DNA of 57,639 bases from Octopus sinensis (GCF_006345805.1 NW_021834282.1:1-57639), one strand, 5' to 3'. Shown: positions 25,647 to 38,502, counted from the first letter of the stretch. Program-made: numbers and translations. The notes: generated from the letters alone by a model not told the origin.

Positions 25647-26194
25647 GCCCTGATGCAGTACCAGGCAGTGGCTCTCATGCTTCTGATCTTAACTGATTGG
25701 AGTGTTATCATGTACATTGTTTTTTGTCTTGGTATAAAAGATGGCTACAGCAAATATTCTGCTCAATACCACAGATTTGCTTGTCGGTTGTTTGACCTAA
25801 CCAGTTGAGCACGTCCCTAGTGGCTGATGATGTGCTTCTCTGATCCCGAGCAGAAGTAGTGGGGGAGCATCATAGCCATGTGTTAGAAGGATTCTTTGGG
25901 GTTTGAATAATTCACCTCTGGAAACGTGGGTGGTTCTTCCAACCATCCTAAACAACCCTTATTCAGGGACCTTTTGAGCGGGATGGGCTACTCAACCTGA
26001 AGAAATTCTAACTGGGCCCCCACTGCAAGGTCATGTGCTGTTTATCTTGATATGAGATCACCATGTCGCGCACATATGGTTGTGATGCATGTGCCTGGTG
26101 TACCCCTATCAGACGGGTAGTCATGATGGGTATATTGGGCTTCATATATTTTACCCCAGTGTCACTTTGATGGCATGAACTGCTCTCTCACTCA
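25647..26194 (+). mobile_element. Orphan interspersed repeat G, embedded in (TAA)n (strand arbitrary)
   Basis: Second, partial inverted copy at 51371-51679; (TAA)n on both flanks; no ORF or Pol III boxes seen. Confidence 0.8.
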
Positions 26195-26776
26195 ATAATA
26201 ATAATAATAACAATTGAATAATTGTTTTTTTTTGTACTCTAGGCACAAAGTACCAAATTTCTCTCAGCTCGCCGCCTACATTTCGTACTCATAATAACTC
26301 CTTTATTGCTGCCACAAGCTCTGCGAGAGAGGCACTGTAAAAGATCAAATTACAAAGTCGGTGGTCGTTTTCGGAATGATGTATGAGAAAAGAAACATGA
26401 AAATCCAACAGTTTAACAGCCAATAAAAGAAATGAAAGAAAAAAAAAACACGTTTTAATTAATGAAGCTCAATTAAGGCCAGGGATCTGAAGATCCCGAA
26501 TTAGCCTTACATGCAAAAGGAAGTGTTCTCTACTAGTATAGGAATCCATATTGAAAGCATATTCAGTCATACTGTGAATACATGCAACTTCCGCTCACCA
26601 TTCAGCCGATATACTGGAAACTGCTATCTTCCTCTTCTGTCCGACATTTCACTTTAAGTGATATTTGATGAAATTGATGAGGTTTTTAAGGAGGTATTTT
26701 CTCGAGAATAATGTGTATGTCTTTAGTTCTTACAATATCGTCCTCCACTCTACTCCTTTTGCCAGAGCCGCCACAG

Positions 26777-26938
<162 letters not shown>

Positions 26939-27148
26939 AATCTAATTCTCGATTGAAGGAAGGTAGCAGCCATGGGATCTGGCCGAAAATCGCATTCTTT
27001 ACTCCTGTGCAAGCAGCTGTTCGTAACAAATACGTGTGTCAGCAGCCAAATATATATTCTTTTCTGAGAAAGGGAAAACGCAGACTCTCCAATCTGGTTA
27101 GATGAGAATCGGGGCAGGGAAAGACGGCTTGGCTGTAATATCTAAAGC

Positions 27149-27727
27149 AGCGAGCTGGAATCGTTAGCACGCCGGGCGAAATGCGTAGCCGTATTTCGTC
27201 TGCCGTTACGTTCTGAGTTCAAATTCTGAGGGCCGAGGTCGACTTTGCCTTTCAATCCTTTTCGGGGTCGATAAATTAAGTACCAGTTACGCACTGGGGT
27301 CGATGTAATCGACTTAATCCGTTTGTCTGTCCTTGTTTGTCCCCTCTGTGTTTATCCCCTTGTGGGTAGTAAAGAAATAGGTATTTCGTCTGTCTTTACG
27401 TTCTGGGTTCAAATTCCGCCGAGGCCGACTTTGCCTTTCATCCTTTCGGGATCGATAAATTAAGTACCAGTTACGCACTGGTAATCGACTTAATCCGCTT
27501 GTCTGTCCTTGTTTATCCCCTCTGTGTTTAGCTCCTTGTGGGTAGTAAAGAAATATGTATTTCGTCTGTCTTTACGTTCTGGGTTCAAATTCCTCCGAGG
27601 TCGACCTTGTTTTTCATCCTTTCGGGGTCGATAAATTAAGTACTAGTTGCGTACTGGGGTCGATCTAATCGACTGTCCCCCCTCCCCCAAAATTTCGGGC
27701 CTTGTGCCTGGAGTAGAAAAGAATATC
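27149..27727 (+). mobile_element. Head-to-tail trimer of SINE B units
   Basis: Units at 27149-27380, 27381-27556 and 27557-27727. Confidence 0.9.
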
Positions 27728-27998
27728 CAAAGGAAACGATGGATGTGTTTTCCACCAAAATCCTTGGTCAAAATCTTCTATTCTGTATTTAGCATAGTTA
27801 TGGACCGGAAGTTATCAATTATCAATGACCTCTCCATTGTTCAGGTCCTTCTTCAGTAGCACCGCGACTCCCCGAATCATAGAACTATCAAGGGTCTCTA
27901 AATCAATGAACAAACAGCAAACTTACGGACGACATTCAGGTCGTATTTCCTGTAGAGACACAACAATAACAACTACAGCAACAATTGTTTTGTTTGTT

Positions 27999-28266
27999 CC
28001 TTCTCGAGCTCATAAGGCCGGTTTCCCGGTTTCCTTGGAGTATAGGTTCCGCCGGTCCGTCGCAGGTGAGCTGCAAGATGCAGGAGGAAAGAGTGAGAGA
28101 AAGTTGTAGCAAAAGAGTCAGCAGAAGTTCGCCATTACCTTCTGCCGGAGCTGCGTGGAGCTTAGGTGTTTCGCTCATAAACACACACATCGCCCGGTCT
28201 GAGATTCGAACCCGCGATCCCTCGACCCCGAGTCCGCTGCTCTAACCACTAGACCACATGCCTCCA
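27999..28266 (-). mobile_element. SINE family D (C-related tRNA head, D tail)
   Basis: Reverse-complement head ggaggcatgtggtctagtggttagagcagcggactcg...ggttcgaatctc; second copy at 42661-42910. Confidence 0.85.
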
Positions 28267-28523
28267 CGCAGCAACAATAACAAAGACGATACGAATAATC
28301 GTTTCCAATAGAACCACAAGAAATTTTGGGGTGGGGTAGGGAATAATCGATTGCATTGATCCCCTTCTTGGCTGGTACTTTATTTTATCGATCCTGAAGG
28401 GATAAAAAGCAGAACTGACAGCTTGAACTTGAAACCAAACTGTAACGAACTTGAACAAATATCGCAAGGCGTTTTGTCCAATCTTCTAACGAAAATCCAT
28501 GTTGCTAATAAAAAGGATTTCTT

Positions 28524-28524
<1 letters not shown>

Positions 28525-28557
<33 letters not shown>

Positions 28558-28714
28558 CACCACCACCACCACTACTACTGCTTCTGCTGCTACTACTACT
28601 ACTACTACTTCTACTATTACTACTACTACTGCTGCTGCTGCTCCTTCTTCTCCACCACCCCTCCACCTCCTCCTCCTCCTCCTCCCCCTCCTCCTCCTCC
28701 TCCTCCTCCTCCTC

Positions 28715-28765
<51 letters not shown>
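28525..28765. repeat. Compound (TAC)n(CAC)n(TGC)n(CCT)n(TAC)n trinucleotide tract
   Basis: Direct reading. Confidence 0.95.
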
Positions 28766-28959
28766 ATAATAGCGGTTCTGAGTTGGGCAAAAAGTTTGCA
28801 GCTTTGAGAGGAGAGGGAGTAGTCTGTACCCTCAACGGGTACTTTCATTTGTCAACGTCGAGAGGTTTGAACTCAGATTGCAAAGAGCCGGAACGAGTGC
28901 TGCAAAGCATTTCGTCCGATACTCAAATGATTCCACCAATTCTTCGTCTTATATCCTAC

Positions 28960-29325
28960 TCATAATGATGTTATTAATAATATGATGATTATAATGATGA
29001 TAATGGGGATGAGACGACGAGAATGATGATGATAATGACGACGACGATGACGATGATGGTGATGTTGTTGATGATGATGAGGATGATTATGATGATGATG
29101 AAGATGACGATGATGATGGTGATGACAATGATGATGACGATGATGATGACGATGATGATGATGACGATGATGATTATGACGACGATGATGGTGATGACAA
29201 TGACGATAATGGGGATGATGATAACGACGACGACGACGAATATGATGGTGATGACGATGATGATGGTGGTGGAGCTGACACTGATGATTGTGGTGACGAT
29301 AATGAGAATGACAATGACGATGGTA

Positions 29326-29382
<57 letters not shown>

Positions 29383-29415
29383 GTGATGATAATAGTGATG
29401 ATGGTGATGATGAAG
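28960..29415. repeat. Degenerate (GAT/GAC)n tract
   Basis: Direct reading; gives the poly-M and poly-I ORFs. Confidence 0.9.
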
Positions 29416-29577
29416 TGACTGAGGAACAAGGTGTGTCTTTAGAAATCAGTTTTTATCGTCACTACAATTACACCATCGAAAATGTTCTTCTTGTGTTCTA
29501 CACTGATTTATTGCTTGTTTAACAAGAACATTTCCAAACTAGTCTAGTTTATTTCTCGTTAAGCAATAACAATATAC

Positions 29578-29634
<57 letters not shown>

Positions 29635-30135
29635 TTAGCAAAGCCAACCAACAATTTCTCTACACGCATCATGGCATCATGGCATTAAGAAAGAGAGCGA
29701 GAGTCAGAGAGATAGATAGATAGATAGATAGTTAGAAAGAGAGATGAAGAAGGAGAAAGAGAGAGGGAGAAAGATGGGAAGAGAGTGAGGCCCCCACTCT
29801 CAAACAACAAACCAACAAACCGTCAGGAAAACACGAATAAAAACCAAAACGCAAATCTTGTTTAACAAGACATTTTCCGCTTCTCTAGCGTAGTTAGGTC
29901 TTTCAACATATTCCTGTATAAACATAGCCGAAGCTGTCACTATACAGACAATTCTGTTTTAAACACGCTGTTATTTCTTCCTCCACTGAATAATGTGAAT
30001 AAATAGGTATTTACTGTGCTTCTTTTTCTTCTCTTTCTTCACTAGCTCAAACTATTACAATTTCGTTTGGTTTCTCATTTTTTTCCCTTTACATAAACAC
30101 ATACATACATATATACATACATAAATATACTTACG

Positions 30136-30178
<43 letters not shown>

Positions 30179-30340
30179 ATACAGCAATGTCTGAAATTTA
30201 CGTAGCAGATCCCAGCGGGTAAATAAATAGATTCGCTTATAATTTTATAGATTTATCACAGATATAGACGCGACAATTGTCTACATTTAAGACTGTATAC
30301 TACAAGCAAATATAAGATAGAGAGATTAAAGAGTGAAGTG

Positions 30341-30389
<49 letters not shown>

Positions 30390-30440
30390 TGTGGTGTTTA
30401 AATTTGTATGATATATATATATATATATATACATACATAT

Positions 30441-30491
<51 letters not shown>

Positions 30492-30557
30492 ACCACATAC
30501 ATACACACACATATATATAGGTGTGTGTATATGTTTTAAAATCTGTATATGATATAG

Positions 30558-30592
<35 letters not shown>

Positions 30593-31052
30593 ATATATAA
30601 TATATATATATACACGTATGTATGTGTGTATCTACAAAATAGAAATACACATACAAATATATTATATATTCATAGGTATATCTACTAGAGAATCAAGCAG
30701 ATGCCATCACATACATATGACAATGATTTTGGCTTGAGAGAAATTGTCAAGTTATTTTCCTCGGGTGTTTCGACCCCTAATCACAACGTCGTCTAGTCTA
30801 CGTCTTGGCAATGATGGCCAGTCACAGCTTATCTTTTCGTCTCTTCCAGTTCGATTCCTCTCGCTTGTTCTAGAATCAGGAGGTCACATTTCCCAATACT
30901 CCCTCAAGCTGTCATTCTTCCTCGTTCTTCCCGCGACTCTCAAACATGTTAACACGCGAGGATGCCGCCATCTCTGGGCACACAATGTTACCAACTTACC
31001 TCTAGACTCCTTTTTGGTTACTATTGTATTATGATGGACTCATATAAGGGTA

Positions 31053-31192
31053 AAAGGTAAAGTTACCTTCTCGAGTCAGGCCGACTCATAAAGACCGGCT
31101 TCCCGGTTTCTAGGGCGTATATAAGTTCACCCACCTGGACGGGACGCTAGTCCATCGCAGGATAACTCGTTTTTGCCAGCTGAGTGGACTGG
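31053..31192 (-). mobile_element. SINE 3' fragment with D-type tail
   Basis: Reverse complement: cctgcgatggactagcgtcccgtccagg...tatacgccctagaaaccgggaagccgg. Confidence 0.65.
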
Positions 31193-31500
31193 AATCTCAG
31201 GAGTCATATGAACCCCGGTCAAAAGCCACTGTTCTCCATCATTTAACCGAGTGCGCGCTTGTGTGTGTGTGCGTATGCGTGTGTGTGTGTGTGTGTGTGC
31301 ACATACAAACATTTATAGATATATACATAAATACATGCACACACACACACACACACACAAACAAACACATATAGTCATTTTATATGAATATTTATTCGAA
31401 GCAGACATTGCTATTCAGCTTTATTCAAGGTTTTACTCAAGCGGATGGGTGAAGTATTCATACATACATACATACATGCATACATACATACATACATACA

Positions 31501-31533
<33 letters not shown>

Positions 31534-31651
31534 GTATATATACATATGTATATACTGAATATATACATATATATATGAATATGAATATTATTAATCAATA
31601 TTATATATCTATATAATTATATATATATATATATATATATATGCATATATG

Positions 31652-31693
<42 letters not shown>

Positions 31694-32075
31694 ACATACA
31701 CATATACAGACATGGTCTGCGCACATCTATCTGTGTATGTTGATGTATATATGTATATTAATAGTTTAGTATGTTGTGAAATATTTTAATATATTTAAAT
31801 ATTTTAATTTCAATTTATATGTATTACTTTTTATGTATTAATTATATTTTCTGCATTATTAATGACAATATCTGTTTGAACCAAAGCTTCGAGTTAAGGT
31901 TTTTCCTCGATTTTTATAATTTTATATTTTATATTGAACTCATTTATTCGTTTTGTTTAATTTTTGTTTATCGCTCGCATATGACCGTTATTTGAAAGGA
32001 CCAATCAAACAAGTTCATTTTTAAAGGGTAACATTTATACTAGTCTTGATAGAATTGTCGTATCGGTTCAATTTT

Positions 32076-32128
32076 AACAAAACTGCCCGACGAACGGGAA
32101 CGTGAAACTCAGAGTAACAGGTTTTGTT
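32076..32128 (+). ncRNA. Minimal type I hammerhead-like ribozyme motif in a Penelope-like terminal repeat
   Basis: Stem I AACAAAA-CTG/CAG-g-TTTTGTT; core CCGACGA; stem II ACG/CGT; GAAA; palindromic stem III ACTC-a-GAGT; GUA triplet. Confidence 0.6.
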
Positions 32129-32251
32129 GAATTTCTGCTGCTTTTAAATAAAGCATTATTACTCTACCCCTGGTATTTGAGTACTCTTTTTTCCACCTTG
32201 TTTCACATTTATGTGTTTACTCCGGTATATATATATATATATATATATATA

Positions 32252-32411
32252 CAAAACGACATGAGCCGGTAGACATTCGAGTGTGTCTATTTATTCCAAA
32301 GCATTAGAAAGTTTTAGAAGAATACATACACATGTACTAATATTACTGTAATATTAGTATGGAGTAAATAGACACACTGGAATGTCTACCGGCTCATGTA
32401 TGTCGTTTTTG
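32252..32411. mobile_element. TA-flanked MITE (Tc1/mariner-type ends)
   Basis: TA|CAAAACGACATGAGCCGGTAGACATTC... and ...GAATGTCTACCGGCTCATGTATGTCGTTTTTG|TA; ~45-bp imperfect TIRs. Confidence 0.8.
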
Positions 32412-32606
32412 TATCCTCCTCATTTTCTTATTTGCCATATAAATGAAGGGTAAACCACTTTTTACCCCCGCCCATATTTAACGCTCAACTGCGAGATTGC
32501 CACGCAATAAGCAGCACTTGGGTATGAATAATTGGGCACACAACCAGTAGTATATTGGATAGGCACTATCCCTTAGTTGGTTGGTTTCACAACATCTAAT
32601 TCACAC

Positions 32607-32657
<51 letters not shown>

Positions 32658-32869
32658 TTCATTTTTGTGCTTGCTACTCACATATATGTCAACAGATAGA
32701 TAGATATACTAACATTAGCGACCATACACTTACTAAATCATTACTGAATCCTTCCTGGTGGAACTTAAGACTACGAGTATCTATTTTTATATGGTTTAAT
32801 TCGTTGTCATTTCTTCAAATTCAAGTAGTCTGAGTTTCATTTAATAGAATGAACTCCTCCAAAGCACCT

Positions 32870-33400
32870 CAGTATATAGCATATACCCTACTGGCCTTAA
32901 AATTCCAGTCATGAAATGACATGTGGTTTGTTACCTTCTGTACATGTCCATAATTTCCTCTCTTCACTTTTTGGCATTCAAAAATCCTATGAGTTTGTTT
33001 AATTTCTTCTTGTACATTATTAATTCTGCAGTTTTGATCCCTCAGCTGAAGTGACAGTTCAGAAAGCCCTACCAAGTCTTCACCTAACAAACCCAAATTA
33101 TATATAAAAGTTGACGATTGTAATGCTTTATTTTTTTTCGAGCTGTCGTACTTTGTTCTTTCTGCGCAAGATCTTGAAGTGCTACAGATCAGCCTTTCAA
33201 ATAGATTTATAAGGTTGTCAAATTGCCTCTCTAAATAGATTTATTTGTTGGCTTTATTGCCTTTAGAGGTTGGCAAAGTGAAGCAATAAATCTCACATTG
33301 AAAACACGATCGATTTTTAACAGTTAACTGTGAAGGCCTTCAGCGTATTCAATTAACTCATCTGGATTCTTTGAAAATTTTTTATTATAAAGAATAATCA
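32870..33400 (-). pseudogene. hAT transposase remnant (KIAA1586/ZNF862-like lineage)
   Basis: Manual translation: SKNPDELIEYAEGL.*LLKIDRVFNVRFIAS...ERTKY...FLYNLGLLGEDLVGLSELSLQL...IKQTHRIFE; family resemblance is from recall. Confidence 0.65.
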
Positions 33401-34467
33401 CGCACAAAATATCTGAAAAACGATTAGAATCTGCAACTTTTTTGCAAGATTTCAAGCGAAATTTTGCTTGTATAAGCGAAATATGCTTGTATAAGGAAAA
33501 TCCTCGAAAGATTGTGAAGCAGTCAGTCTCTGGTTTTGGGCCCTATATATTAGTGACTCCATCCGTTACATGTCATATCACATTTTTCTTTAGATATTAC
33601 TTTAAATCTCACCACTCCATGCCCATCATGTAACGCCTCCGTACATCTTGTATTTGCACTAATTTTAAATGTTCTAAGTTAAAATGTAACGACAGAGAGT
33701 GGGTAGACTCCCTGTCTGCTGCTCTCAAGCAGGCTACTAAAACTGATTTCCATTGACATTTTATATTAACTGGAAATAATATTTACAGCCCTTCCTTACG
33801 TATTTGATTCCCTAACGGATGTGCAATATCTGTGCGTTTCCGAAATTAGAATTATTTCTTTCTTGTAATTCAATATAATAAGGTATATTATATTATAATA
33901 TATTTCTATGTATATCTGTTTTTTTTAAAAAATATATTTGTATGCTCATTTCCACTGGAGTATATCAATCTCAAAATATAGATATCTGAAAATATTTACA
34001 TAATGAAATGTGTAAAATATAATTTATTCTACTCCCACTGTCACTGAATAAAATCATTCACAATAAAATATTCATCACTCACAATATAGGCTGGAATAAA
34101 TTATGGATATTATTTATTACACTTTCTGTCCAATCTTATCTGAAACTCCTAATCATAAAATACAATTTCTTGAGGAAGGCAATAGTAAAGAAACATTGAA
34201 TTATATAGTTCCCTGCCTAATTCATATCTACCAATGTAATTTATAATTAAATCTTATCTAAAAACCCCACTAAATGCTAAAACATTAAACAGCCTTCTAT
34301 GCGCATAATGTTATCTTCCCGCTGATAGATACATAACTCAAGTGGGATAATGGAGTTAATATTATGCACAACCTAAACTATGCCAAGTAAGATAGTTACC
34401 CAGGTAATCTGAAGCATGTAGCATAAACAGCATAGCTGCCTGAGTGAGTTTACCTTCGTTTGGTGAA

Positions 34468-34790
34468 GGCGCGTAGTGTAGCTTAGTGATTAATGTGTTC
34501 GGCTCGCGATCATAAGGCTGTGAGTTCGATTCCCAGTAGCATGTTGTGTCCTTCAGCAAGACACTTTACTTCATGTTACGCCAGTCTACTCAGCTGGTAA
34601 AAATGAGTTGTACTTGTAGTTCAAAGGGCTGGCCTTGTTACTATTGTTGTGTTAAGCTGAATCTCCCTGAGAGCTAAGTTAAGGGACGCGTGTCTGTGGT
34701 ATACTCAGCCCCTTGCACGTTAATTTCACAGCAGGCTGCTCCGTTGGTAGTATCAATTTGGACATTCATCGTCATAAGCAACGGAGTGTC
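34468..34790 (+). mobile_element. Diverged tRNA-SINE (head H2, CORE-like centre, C-type tail)
   Basis: Same architecture as 45491-45807. Confidence 0.8.
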
Positions 34791-34999
34791 CTTAGCTTAG
34801 TTTGAGTAATTTGTAGATGTAAAGAAGTACTTCTATTAAACTACCGAGCGCAGACATTTTTGGGCCTAGAAGTCGTGTCAGTAAGCTTTTGACATCGTCT
34901 TAATTTGGCTCCAAACACGTATCGTCATCTCTAAAAATATTGATATACATGTTCATATTCAAGCCCTTCAAGTCATTATATGAATCTACTAGCCATATC

Positions 35000-35081
35000 T
35001 GAACAACAACAACAACAACAACAACATCATCAACAACAACAGCAGCAGCAGCAGTAGCAACAACAACAACAACAGCAACAA

Positions 35082-35133
<52 letters not shown>

Positions 35134-35135
35134 AC
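35000..35135. repeat. (AAC)n/(AGC)n microsatellite
   Basis: Direct reading. Confidence 0.9.
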
Positions 35136-35273
35136 AAGAAATATCACCAGGACATTTTAAGATATATACCACTATCCTCAAATACACACACACACACGCA
35201 CACACACTCACACATATATAGATATAATGACAGCATATGCCATGAATGCTAAGTATATATATGAGCTTATATA

Positions 35274-35318
<45 letters not shown>

Positions 35319-36204
35319 AATTACTATGAAGCATTGTGCAGAATATATCGTGTAAAGGAGCGTGGGCAAGGCCAAAACAATGTGCGAAGTAAATGCAAGG
35401 CAAATCACAAGAAAATACACATGTGAATTAATGTAGACTTACCTTGTATTCAATATTTCGGGGTTATGACCCCATTTTCATCACGGAATTTTGTCAGTGA
35501 TCAGGTCGCGGTCTCAAAGCGATGAAAATATTTTGACAAATTAAATATAAATGTTGAAGAGAATCTAACGGTTTTTGTGTTTTTAAATGGTTTATAAACA
35601 CCTTGCACGCTGCAGTGTTCTATTTGTCTTCTTATAAGGTCATTCGACACAGTATGTCCCGTAAAGTACTTTTTATACAAGTATATTATTCCCGCAAGGA
35701 TGAATGAAATCATATTGGGCTGTATAAAACAAGAAAAGTTGAATGAAAGGTCAGTGAAACGAGAACAGTTACTGATTTAATTTACTTAGATATTTATATT
35801 GTCTATACTTAAAACAATTTCATTGCTATTGCGGTGGTTAGTAAGCTGTTACTACGGCTTTTATGGAAGTGGCTCCGCTGGATATTTGATATATTCTTTA
35901 ATTCTATCTATGGTTTTCTAATTTCAAAGTAGTAGGATATTTCCCAAATTTATTGTACTATAATCTTTTATTGAAGGCCAAACGAGCTAGTGCGGTTATA
36001 TATTTATAAATGGCAACACGGGAAGATCGCTATAAGCAGTAGTCGAACTGTAGCTTTAATAAACATTGATAATTTCATTATTTCTTTTTGTAGTAGAACT
36101 AGAATTTGCTGTAAATATTTATGGCTTGAAAATTCTGCTTGTATTATATATATATATATATTCGCCATGATAGATATATATTCGCAATGATAGATCGCTA
36201 GCCA

Positions 36205-36358
36205 TTACACATTCTTTATTTTCTCTCCTTGTTTCTTTCTGTGTTCCTTTCTGTGGAAGAGCGTAGGCTCGAAACGTTAAACACTTTTTCACTTCTCGAG
36301 CGTTATACTAATACATATGTTTGTTGTCTATACCACCTGTATTCGTCTTTTGTTTTTT
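36205..36358 (+). repeat. Penelope-tail-like repeat with a degenerate hammerhead-like hairpin
   Basis: CTGTGGAA-GAGC(GTAG)GCTC-GAAACGTT; the downstream part recurs at ~53965-54035. Confidence 0.5.
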
Positions 36359-36360
36359 TG

Positions 36361-36531
36361 TAGGAGTGGCTGTGTGGTAAGTAGCTTGCTTACCAGCCAC
36401 ATGGTTCCGGGTTCAGTCCCACTGTGTGGCATCTTGGGCGGGCAAGTGTCTTCTACTATAGCCTCGGGCCGACCAATGCCTTGTGAGTGGATTTGGTAGA
36501 CGGAAATTGAAAGAAGCCTGTCGTATATATG

Positions 36532-36568
<37 letters not shown>

Positions 36569-36791
36569 TGTGTGTGTGTATGTTTGTGTGTCTGTGTTTG
36601 TCCCTCTAGCATTGCTTGACAACCGATGCTGGTGTGTTTACGTCCCCGTCACTTAGCGGTTCGGTAAAAGAGACCGGTAGAATAAGTACTGGGCTTACAA
36701 AGAATAAGTCCCGGGGTCGATTTGCTCGACTAAAGGCGGGTCCCCAGCATGGCCGCAGTCAAATGACTGAAACAAGTAAAAGAGTAAAAGA

Positions 36792-36793
<2 letters not shown>
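36361..36793 (+). mobile_element. SINE family A
   Basis: Full-length match. Confidence 0.95.
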
Positions 36794-36830
<37 letters not shown>

Positions 36831-37604
36831 AACTTGGAGAAGAGAAATAACGCGTGCGTTCGGTCATATAGTAATATAATAAATAAATAAAATATATGCA
36901 TATATACATACATATGTGTACATACTTACATCTACATGTATATATACATGCATATATATATATATGAGTACAGGACACCACAAATAAACGTAGAACACAA
37001 CGAAAGACGAGAACATAAAATCAAAGAAGGAAACGAACTTTTTTTAAACAACGAAAAAACAGAGTACAGGACAAACAATACAAGGAAAATTCCCCTTCAT
37101 CAGCTGTCCCTGGTTCGACTCAAAGTGTGTTTCGAAGGTGTATATGTGTTTGTGTCTGTGTGTGAAAATTAATTGAAACATAACAGTTGCTGTGTGATAC
37201 AATTGCTAACAGTCTTGCGGAATTTTCAGTATAAATTTTGATTTGTGTGTAAATGCTTCTGAAAGCATCAAAAAGAGAGGATTTTAGACGCTTTTGTGGG
37301 AAGGCTTAAAAAAAAAAAATCAAGCAGCTTGTATTGTTGATCATCAATATTAACAAGATATATTTTTTGAAGATTTGCTTAACTGTACCAGATAGACATG
37401 AATATGTAGAATTTTATTATTTTATTTTTATTTGGAGATTAGACAATATGTCTTCCGTTCAAGTGTCTAAAACAACGGTTGTCAACAGGAGTCCACATAA
37501 CTCTTGGAGATCCACGTAAGATTTTTGTTAAAATTCATGTACAATAAATTGGATTTACTTCTACAATACACAAAATGTTTTAATAATTTCTAGTACAATT
37601 CCTA

Positions 37605-37749
37605 ATAATCCTTCCTACTGGAGGCAAAAAGCCTCAAATTTGTGGTGAGGAGACTAGTCGATGACATCGACCCCAGTATTTCACTGGTACTTAATTTATC
37701 GATCCCGAAAGGATGAAAGGCAAATTCGACCGCGGCGCAGTTTGAACTT
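37605..37749 (-). mobile_element. SINE B fragment
   Basis: Core ctggtacttaatttatcgatcccgaaaggatgaaaggc. Confidence 0.8.
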
Positions 37750-37774
37750 GCTCGTGTCTGAGCACTCAACAAAC

Positions 37775-38030
37775 ACGCGTACCTTTAACGTAGTTCCCAG
37801 GGAGATTCAGCGTGACACAGAGTGTGACAGGGCTGGCCCTTTGAAATACAAGTATAATAAAAACAGGAAGAAAGAGTCAGGGTTTGCCACCACCCCCTGC
37901 CAGAATCTCGTGGAGCTTTAGGTGTTTTCTCCCAATAAACATTCACAACGCCCGTGCCTGGGAATTGAAACCGCGATCCTACGACCGCTAGTCTGCTACT
38001 CCTAATCATTGGGTCATCGCGCTTCCACAC
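37775..38030 (-). mobile_element. SINE family C, 3'-truncated
   Basis: Matches 56951-57240. Confidence 0.8.
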
Positions 38031-38278
38031 AATTCCTAATAATATTTAATTATAGATTTTTTAGATATCGAAGAGTTATGAGGGTCCATCGTAGTTATAG
38101 AAATCAAAGAGGCCCATAGGTAAAAAAAAAAAATTGGCTGAAAAACACTGGTATAAAGGAACCAGCTGTACTGAAATTCGTTCAGAAGGAAGTACCATAT
38201 TCCTGAAAGTGAAAAGAACGGGACTCTAGAGAAGTTTTTCTCGGGAGACAGAAAATAAGAGTGACAAAAATAGTGGCT

Positions 38279-38459
38279 CTCTCTTTTACTCGTTTCAGTC
38301 ATTTGACTGCGGCCATGCTGGAGCAACGCCTTTAGTCGAGCAAATCGACCCCGGGAATTATTCTTTGTAAGCCCAGTACTTATTCTATCGGTCTCTTTTG
38401 CCGAACCGCTAAGTGACGGGGACGTAAACACACAAGCATCAGTTGTCAAGCAATGCTAG

Positions 38460-38502
<43 letters not shown>

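Noticed and set aside
27149-27727. Repeat-spacer look of the SINE B arrays as CRISPR-like
   Set aside because: Units are long SINE fragments without unique spacers; eukaryotic context and no cas genes
28423-29429. Poly-Y/H/P/T, poly-M and poly-I ORFs
   Set aside because: Trinucleotide microsatellites open in many frames; no splice or domain support
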